DNA of 64,000 bases from Candidatus Omnitrophota bacterium. GTDB taxonomy: Bacteria > Omnitrophota > Gorgyraeia > JABMRG01. Position numbers and translations under genes: made by a program. The notes below the pieces were generated by a model. The model had not been told where the DNA came from. It was given only the letters and a program-made list of their open reading frames with translations, and did not search any database. Below are positions 58,417 through 64,000 of this stretch, piece after piece. Each line of letters starts with the position of its first letter. The first letter of the stretch is position 1. Location of the stretch: positions 191,832 to 255,831 of the forward strand of contig JAQUQI010000001.1 in NCBI GenBank assembly GCA_028716165.1, in the 5' to 3' direction.

Positions 58417-59925
58417 TTAATCGCCTGGCCGCGACGCGCTAAGTCTGGCATATTCACAGCGATATTTTATATATCGGAGGGCCTTAGAAACGGCAAAAAC
58501 AATACCCCTGGCGCGCATATAGTTCAAAAAGCGTTTAAGCCCTGTTAAAAAACCCATTCTCCTTCTGGCGTATTCCCCCCATACCTGATAAGCCCGCGCC
58601 TTTGCCTGTTCAAGGTCTCCGAGGCTAAGCCTGTCGGGCTTAAAGACACAATGGTAATGGCCGTCATACTTAGACCAGTCCCTGGTAAGTATCCTGCCAG
58701 AATTATCCAGCGAATTAAATAATGCTGTCCCCGGAAAAGGGGTCAATATGGAAAACTGGACAGAATCAGGCCCCAAGATAAGCGCCTGTTTTATGCTATC
58801 GCGTATAGTCTCTTTGGTCTCTCCCTCCAATCCAAAGCAAAATGTCAGGTGGACTTTTATGCCCAAGGCCTTTGTTAAGGTAATCATGCGAAAGCTGTCT
58901 TTTAATCTCATATTTTTGTTTGATCTTTTTACCAGGGACTGGGCGCCGGACTCAACCCCGTATTTCACTGCCCATAGGCCGGCGGCTTTGAGTTCCTTCA
59001 ACAGCTCTCTGTCCATTAAATCAGCCCTTGCCATAATGGCCCAAGGTGTTGTATGCAGACCTCTTTTTCTTATCTCTTTGCAAAAATCCAATATCCTGTC
59101 GCGTCCGATATTCCATGTATCATCATCAAAATATACTGATTTAAATTTCATCTCCCTTATAAGATATTCCATTTCATCAACCACGTCCTTGACCGACCTT
59201 GCCCTGTAGTGCCTGCCTCTATACATCACCTGGGGCCAAAGGCAGAAGTTACAGCCAAAAGGGCATCCCCGGGATGCCAGCATCTGAACGCTCGGAGTAG
59301 GCATTTCCCCTGGGGCGTCCAGATATTTTTCCATTGGCAGCCCTGCCCTGTCCGGCCAGGGCAAGAGGTCCACGTCAAACGGGCCCCTTTCCGGCGTCTT
59401 AACTATTTTGCCGGCATCCCTGTATATAAGCCCTTTTACTTTACGCATATCTCTTCCGGTCAAGCGGCTCTGGACAAGTTCAAGCAAAGTAAATTCGTAT
59501 TCCGCGCGCAAGACATAATCAATAAAAGAATGGTCTTTTAAAAAAGACTCTTCATATATTAAGGAATTGGGCCCGCATAGTATTATTGTCCTTCCCGAGC
59601 AAGCAAGGTTTTTGAGCGCCTTCATATCATCCATAAACGACGGAACGGATGTTTCGGCAACCAAAATATCAGGTGCCATTGACCTGATATTTTCCATAAA
59701 CACAGATTCGGGCATACGTTCAGCCGCGCAGTCAAGAATACCGGCATTAAAACCATTTCTTTTAAGCAGTGATGAAGCGTGGGCAAGAAAAAAAGGAAAC
59801 GGCATATAATCGCCTTCCGATGCGTCTTTTAAATGGGGCCAGCGCGACCCTGCCCGCACGCCCCATCTGCCGTCTTTCTGCCACGGTAAATTAACCAGTA
59901 ATATTTTAGGACCCGTTGCCATCAA
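58417..59925 (-). CDS. B12-binding-domain radical SAM protein (class B).
   Basis: N-terminal B12-like domain and CPFGCNFCLWP Cx3Cx2C. 502 aa. Confidence 0.65.
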   Translation of the reverse strand: MMATGPKILLVNLPWQKDGRWGVRAGSRWPHLKDASEGDYMPFPFFLAHASSLLKRNGFNAGILDCAAERMPESVFMENIRSMAPDILVAETSVPSFMDDMKALKNLACSGRTIILCGPNSLIYEESFLKDHSFIDYVLRAEYEFTLLELVQSRLTGRDMRKVKGLIYRDAGKIVKTPERGPFDVDLLPWPDRAGLPMEKYLDAPGEMPTPSVQMLASRGCPFGCNFCLWPQVMYRGRHYRARSVKDVVDEMEYLIREMKFKSVYFDDDTWNIGRDRILDFCKEIRKRGLHTTPWAIMARADLMDRELLKELKAAGLWAVKYGVESGAQSLVKRSNKNMRLKDSFRMITLTKALGIKVHLTFCFGLEGETKETIRDSIKQALILGPDSVQFSILTPFPGTALFNSLDNSGRILTRDWSKYDGHYHCVFKPDRLSLGDLEQAKARAYQVWGEYARRRMGFLTGLKRFLNYMRARGIVFAVSKALRYIKYRCEYARLSASRPGD

Positions 59926-60893
59926 TGTGTCCTTTCGTTTTTAAAATAAGAATGCCCGCAAGTTCTATACCATTGCACGGACTCATCAAGCCCCCGGCTA
60001 AGATTGAATTCAGGGGCATAGCCTAAAACCCTTGACATTTTGTTTATCTCGGCGCACCTGTTCAACACATCGTTTAAGCGTTTGGGCGTAAACCTGATAT
60101 TTGCCTTGCTGCCGGTAACCTCTATTATGGCCCGCGCCAGCGACAATATTGAAGTCCTGACGCCTGTGCCGATGTTTATCACTTCCCCGTCGCAGGCTTT
60201 AGCGAATAAAGCCTTCTCCGAACTGTTTACCACGTCCGCGATAAAAGTAAAATCCCTTGTCTGGCTTCCGTCACCGTATATTGCTATGTCCTCCCCGGCC
60301 AGCGCGCGCTTAATCAATATCCCGACAACAAAGCCGTAAGGCGAGGCATTTTGCCTGGGGCCATACACATTAAAAAACCTCAACGAACAAGTCCTTAAAC
60401 CGTATTTTTCATAATAAGCCCTGCAAAACCTCTCTCCTATTAATTTGACGGCCGCGTATGTCAGGCTCGGATTTATACAGCTTTTTTCATGGGTAGGTAT
60501 TTCCACCGGCTCGCCATAAACTTCCGATGATGAAGCGTAAATAATTTTTTTGACATTGTGCCTTAACGATAAATCCATGATATTTTTGATACCGTCAATA
60601 TCCTCAAGAACACTGAAAGGCCTCTCCTGGGTCCTCCTTACCCCTACTACGGCGGCATAGTGATAAACCGCGTCTATATTATACGATTTAAACACGCCCT
60701 CAATCTCACTGCGCCTGTTCACGTTCGCGTTTATAAAAATAAATTCTCCGCCTGTTTCGCGCGCTGAATCAAGATTTTTAGGACTGCCTGTCAACATATT
60801 ATCTACGCATACCACCCTGTGGCGCAGATTCAAAAACCTGTCGCATAAATGTGAACCGATAAAACCGGCCCCGCCTGTTATCAGAATATTCAT
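59922..60893 (-). CDS. NAD-dependent sugar-nucleotide epimerase/dehydratase.
   Basis: MNILITGGAGFIGSHLCDRFL and YAAVK. Confidence 0.7.
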   Translation of the reverse strand: MNILITGGAGFIGSHLCDRFLNLRHRVVCVDNMLTGSPKNLDSARETGGEFIFINANVNRRSEIEGVFKSYNIDAVYHYAAVVGVRRTQERPFSVLEDIDGIKNIMDLSLRHNVKKIIYASSSEVYGEPVEIPTHEKSCINPSLTYAAVKLIGERFCRAYYEKYGLRTCSLRFFNVYGPRQNASPYGFVVGILIKRALAGEDIAIYGDGSQTRDFTFIADVVNSSEKALFAKACDGEVINIGTGVRTSILSLARAIIEVTGSKANIRFTPKRLNDVLNRCAEINKMSRVLGYAPEFNLSRGLDESVQWYRTCGHSYFKNERTH

Positions 60894-60939
60894 AAGCGCC
60901 TGCCGCCTTTTACCTTTCTTTTAAACATATTGTTTCGGA

Positions 60940-61605
60940 TTAAGCCCGGCCAGCTTTCCATTTGAGCATCATCCATATGGCTTTCAATCCGTCCCGTTTA
61001 CGCATGCCGTTTTTTTTGTCATTGTATATCGTTTTGACAAAAACCTGTTCATATCGTAACTTATGCCTTATGGTCTTATAGGCTATTTCGGTGACAATTC
61101 CATACCCTGCCGATTCCCACCGCAGGCTGTCATAACAATCAGCCCTGAAGGCGTGGAAACCCGTCTGTGTGTCAATTATGTCCGAAGCGAATAATGCCCT
61201 GGCAATAAAAGATAAAAAAGCATTGCCCGCTCTTTTTCCGATAGGCATCCTGTTGTCTCTCGGACGCATACCGAATACTATCTGCGCCCTATTTTCCAAT
61301 ATGGGCTTAAGCAGTCTTGGTATATCAGCCGGATCATGCTGGCCGTCGGCATCCATGGTCACAATAATGTCCGCCCCGTTGTTGACGGCATAATCACAGC
61401 CGGTCCGCGTAGCAAAGCCGGCGCCTTTGTTACATTCAAGTTTTATGACGCTGGCGCCTTTGTTTTTTGCTATCACAGGCGTGTCGTCGCAAGAATGGTC
61501 GTCAACAACTACAACCTTCTGGACAAAATCCAGAGCGCTCTCTATTACCCTGCCTATCCTGGCCTGCTCGTTGTGCGCCGGCACAACCGCTACAATGCTC
61601 TCCAT
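60940..61605 (-). CDS. GT2 polyprenyl-phosphate glycosyltransferase (DPM1/GtrB-like). Preferred start is MESIVAV; the ORF track extends to 61629.
   Basis: VAVVPAHNE...VVVVDDHSCDDT and TMDADGQHDP. Confidence 0.6.
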   Translation of the reverse strand: MESIVAVVPAHNEQARIGRVIESALDFVQKVVVVDDHSCDDTPVIAKNKGASVIKLECNKGAGFATRTGCDYAVNNGADIIVTMDADGQHDPADIPRLLKPILENRAQIVFGMRPRDNRMPIGKRAGNAFLSFIARALFASDIIDTQTGFHAFRADCYDSLRWESAGYGIVTEIAYKTIRHKLRYEQVFVKTIYNDKKNGMRKRDGLKAIWMMLKWKAGRA

Positions 61606-61674
61606 TATTTTCCGCCTTACAATTTTCAAAGACTCTTTTTTCGGGCCGTGGTTTAAGAAAAAACCCTTAACTCG

Positions 61675-63639
61675 TCATTTTACTGCCGTTAATTTCGGGA
61701 CAGACCGTATCTTCTTAATCACATAATCGTAATCAAGCCCGATCTTGTCTATGTAATCCCTGATAGCCTGCCAACGCGGCCTGTTCTCCGCTAAGACAAG
61801 CCTCAAGGCTTCCTGCCTGCTCAAAACCCCTTCTCTTATCTGGTTGCTCCTGAAGGCATCATTCTCGGTAAAACCGCCCAAAGTATAATATATAAAATTA
61901 TAAAAAGGCGAGGTAAGGTCATCTATGCGCCATGTTTGTATTGTGTCCCGGGCGGATTCCCAGTCATATTCATTTTTAAGAGTTGTTATCACCTCGGCCT
62001 CGTCCCACGGAATATAATGCCATAAATACAGATAATCGTAAGTCTGTATATAGGTGGCCCAGTAGCCAAAAAACGTTGACCATATGGAACTGTTAAAATA
62101 AGCGGGGTTTAGCATAAACTGTTTAACGGCATTTATGGAAAACTGCAGGCGGCCGGCGAAAGTCAGGTTATGGATAACACCCTGGGGTTCTCCTGACGGT
62201 ATGCCGAGAAAGCCCCATTTAAAATCCGTGTTTTCAAATTCATTGCCGCGCGCCATGACCACCAATCCGATACCATACTCTTTAGCTGTTCTCTTTATAT
62301 AATATTCGGCCGGCTTGTCCCCGGCCATGAACAAAACCACCATACCGGGATGCGGCCTCTTAAACCATGCGTTGATATTCCGCCGGACATAATCCCTCTG
62401 CGCCCGGATGTCTGCGGACATTACAATATGTTCCACGCCCAGTTTTCCGCAAAGGCGGGCCTGGTTTCTATACGCGGAATCGGATGTCATACCCCAGTCA
62501 AAAGTAAAAGCAACAGGGTTCATCTTCAACACGGTCTTGACATAATGAAGGGCAAAAGAGCTGTCTCTGCCGCCGCTCAATGCCACAAGGCAGTCGGGCC
62601 TGCCGTCATTTCTGCGATATTTTGAAACAACATTTTCTAAAGCGGGCTTGCCTTTATAAACCAATTTTTTATGGGCCAGGCAATAATTGCATATCCCGTC
62701 ATTGTTAAACCGGATAAAAGGTATCGTTTCAGGCAATACGCATCTGGCGCATCTTTTTAGCGCTTCCCATCCGGCTTGCCCGGCGCCCGCTTCATTTCTG
62801 TCCAATAGCCGCGAAAAATACGTATCAGTTTTATGGCTTATCTTACCGCGAACTAATAATTTTCTATTTATATCAAACGTTGTCTTGACAAAATCTCTAA
62901 ACCGAAGGCAAAAAGCGGTCCCGGCCTTCACTTGGCTGACAATACAATTACCGGCATAAGACTGCGGTATTGATTTTCTGATAAATTTCTCAAGAATAGT
63001 CCTTTGGGATGAAAAAAAACAAAAACCCTTGCCCGTATCGGCACAATAATAAAGAGATCCCGTATTCGTTGCCAAAACAATGCTGTCGTGTTCTATCATT
63101 AACGCGGCTATTGAGGCTGAACCGTCAATATTTTCATAAAGCTTTATGACAGCCTCCTTCAGGCCCATGCCTTGCTCAATAAACAACTCCAAAAGACCGA
63201 ATATCCTTCCATGCCGCGGCGCTGTTTTGCCTAAAACCTGCGCGGAAGCATTGTCTAAAACAGTCGGGTCCGCGATAAAACCGTCATAGACACCCGACAG
63301 CCGGCCCCCTGTAGCAGGCTGTATATCGGTACCGCTACTAGCGTTAAGCCCCGCGCAAGCCAAAAAAACCGCCGGAGTTGATATCGTCCTGCCGCGCGAT
63401 GGAAAGATACGGCTGATTGAGGCCCGGCAGAACTCTTTATACGCTCTTGTGTTAAGCAATCTGCGCGCGCGAACATTATCTTTACAGCAAGATAACTTTT
63501 CTTCGGCAAAAAACAAAGCCCCGGCGGTATCTTTGCCTCTTGATTCTGAAAGCAAAAACAACCCCCTCATCGCTTCTTTCACGGAAGAGGCCGATATATT
63601 CAAGCCTTTCTTTAATACAAACCCCGAAATACCGCTCAT
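61675..63639 (-). CDS. Asparagine-synthetase-like PP-loop amidotransferase. The N-terminal nucleophile Cys is replaced (MSGISGF).
   Basis: PP-loop LVALSGGRDSS. 654 aa. The N-terminal Ntn domain starts MS- rather than MC-. Confidence 0.55.
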   Translation of the reverse strand: MSGISGFVLKKGLNISASSVKEAMRGLFLLSESRGKDTAGALFFAEEKLSCCKDNVRARRLLNTRAYKEFCRASISRIFPSRGRTISTPAVFLACAGLNASSGTDIQPATGGRLSGVYDGFIADPTVLDNASAQVLGKTAPRHGRIFGLLELFIEQGMGLKEAVIKLYENIDGSASIAALMIEHDSIVLATNTGSLYYCADTGKGFCFFSSQRTILEKFIRKSIPQSYAGNCIVSQVKAGTAFCLRFRDFVKTTFDINRKLLVRGKISHKTDTYFSRLLDRNEAGAGQAGWEALKRCARCVLPETIPFIRFNNDGICNYCLAHKKLVYKGKPALENVVSKYRRNDGRPDCLVALSGGRDSSFALHYVKTVLKMNPVAFTFDWGMTSDSAYRNQARLCGKLGVEHIVMSADIRAQRDYVRRNINAWFKRPHPGMVVLFMAGDKPAEYYIKRTAKEYGIGLVVMARGNEFENTDFKWGFLGIPSGEPQGVIHNLTFAGRLQFSINAVKQFMLNPAYFNSSIWSTFFGYWATYIQTYDYLYLWHYIPWDEAEVITTLKNEYDWESARDTIQTWRIDDLTSPFYNFIYYTLGGFTENDAFRSNQIREGVLSRQEALRLVLAENRPRWQAIRDYIDKIGLDYDYVIKKIRSVPKLTAVK

Positions 63640-63663
63640 CCCCTACCCCCTTTGTCTATTAAA

Positions 63664-64000
63664 TTACTTCTTTCTGTAAATAACTACCTCGGAACCGTCT
63701 TCAGGCACTTTGACGCGGGCAATCACTTCAAAAAGTTTTTCATGCGCTATAAGGGCTTTTTCAAAACAGCTCCTTATGTCTTCCCTGCTGCCGCGTGAGC
63801 CTATCGGTCCGGAATTCTTGTCAATAAGATAATCCGCTCCCGCAACCAGCCTATCCCAGTCATAAGTACCCGGTTCACGGGCATCAACTCCATCGGCCAT
63901 AATACAGCAATCCAGCTCAAACGGCATCCTTTTCATAACAAATTTATACTCAAGCGGATAAAAAATCTGCGGCAGGCCGAACAGGCACAATACCCTTTTC
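63664..64000 (-). CDS. Partial CDS, 5' end beyond the window. Hypothetical.
   Basis: The ORF stays open to the window edge. The track starts it at a TTG at 63990. Confidence 0.2.
   Translation of the reverse strand, partial: KRVLCLFGLPQIFYPLEYKFVMKRMPFELDCCIMADGVDAREPGTYDWDRLVAGADYLIDKNSGPIGSRGSREDIRSCFEKALIAHEKLFEVIARVKVPEDGSEVVIYRKK

Noticed and set aside
63990-63990. Apparent start codon of the last ORF.
   Set aside because: The first codon is TTG, and the reading frame stays open to the window edge. The true start is probably outside the window, so the CDS is reported as partial.

Overview
This 64 kb window is almost entirely minus-strand coding and looks like an anaerobic bacterium; the lineage is uncertain, and the giant gene, [FeFe]-hydrogenases, type IV pilins and glycan cluster would also fit a candidate-phylum anaerobe. 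From low to high coordinates: (1) a giant ORF of at least 3,481 codons (1..10444, minus strand; N-terminus at 10444, C-terminus beyond the window). It encodes a membrane-anchored protein with a polytopic N-terminal region, five to six ~92-aa tandem repeats, a duplicated domain carrying an S-G-D-C-[ST]-A motif, and a C-terminal coiled coil of more than 1,100 aa. (2) A GH15 glycosidase, a radical-SAM protein and an SDR epimerase. (3) The [FeFe]-hydrogenase maturases hydE, hydG and hydF with a TM1266-like small regulator. (4) An ~11.5 kb tightly packed predicted operon behind a sigma70-like promoter with two Rex-box-like palindromes. It reads rex, a stand-alone receiver, hydC2-hydB2-hydA2 (HydA2 has a non-canonical TSCSPGW H-cluster motif), an AhpD-like protein, a Cache-type histidine kinase, a receiver::NuoE(HydC1) fusion, then hydB1-hydA1, and ends at a strong intrinsic terminator. 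(5) An oxidative-stress and redox island: ogg, trxB, glutaredoxin, desulforedoxin plus rubrerythrin-like protein, ldh, an FNR-like protein, superoxide reductase, rubrerythrin, a PNPOx-like protein, and nfu-nifU-nifS-iscR. (6) A 360-bp array of tandem repeats and hairpins just upstream of the iscR promoter. (7) The glycine cleavage system with lipoate genes (gcvT-H-PA-PB, lplA, lipA, an hldD-like epimerase). (8) Four type IV pilin or pseudopilin genes beside a glycan-biosynthesis cluster that includes an O-antigen-ligase-like protein, which may be a pilin O-glycosylation locus. The most novel-looking part is the Rex-headed, two-component-embedded double hydrogenase operon with its REC-NuoE fusion. 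All calls come from reading the sequence and the supplied ORF translations by eye; no database searches were run.
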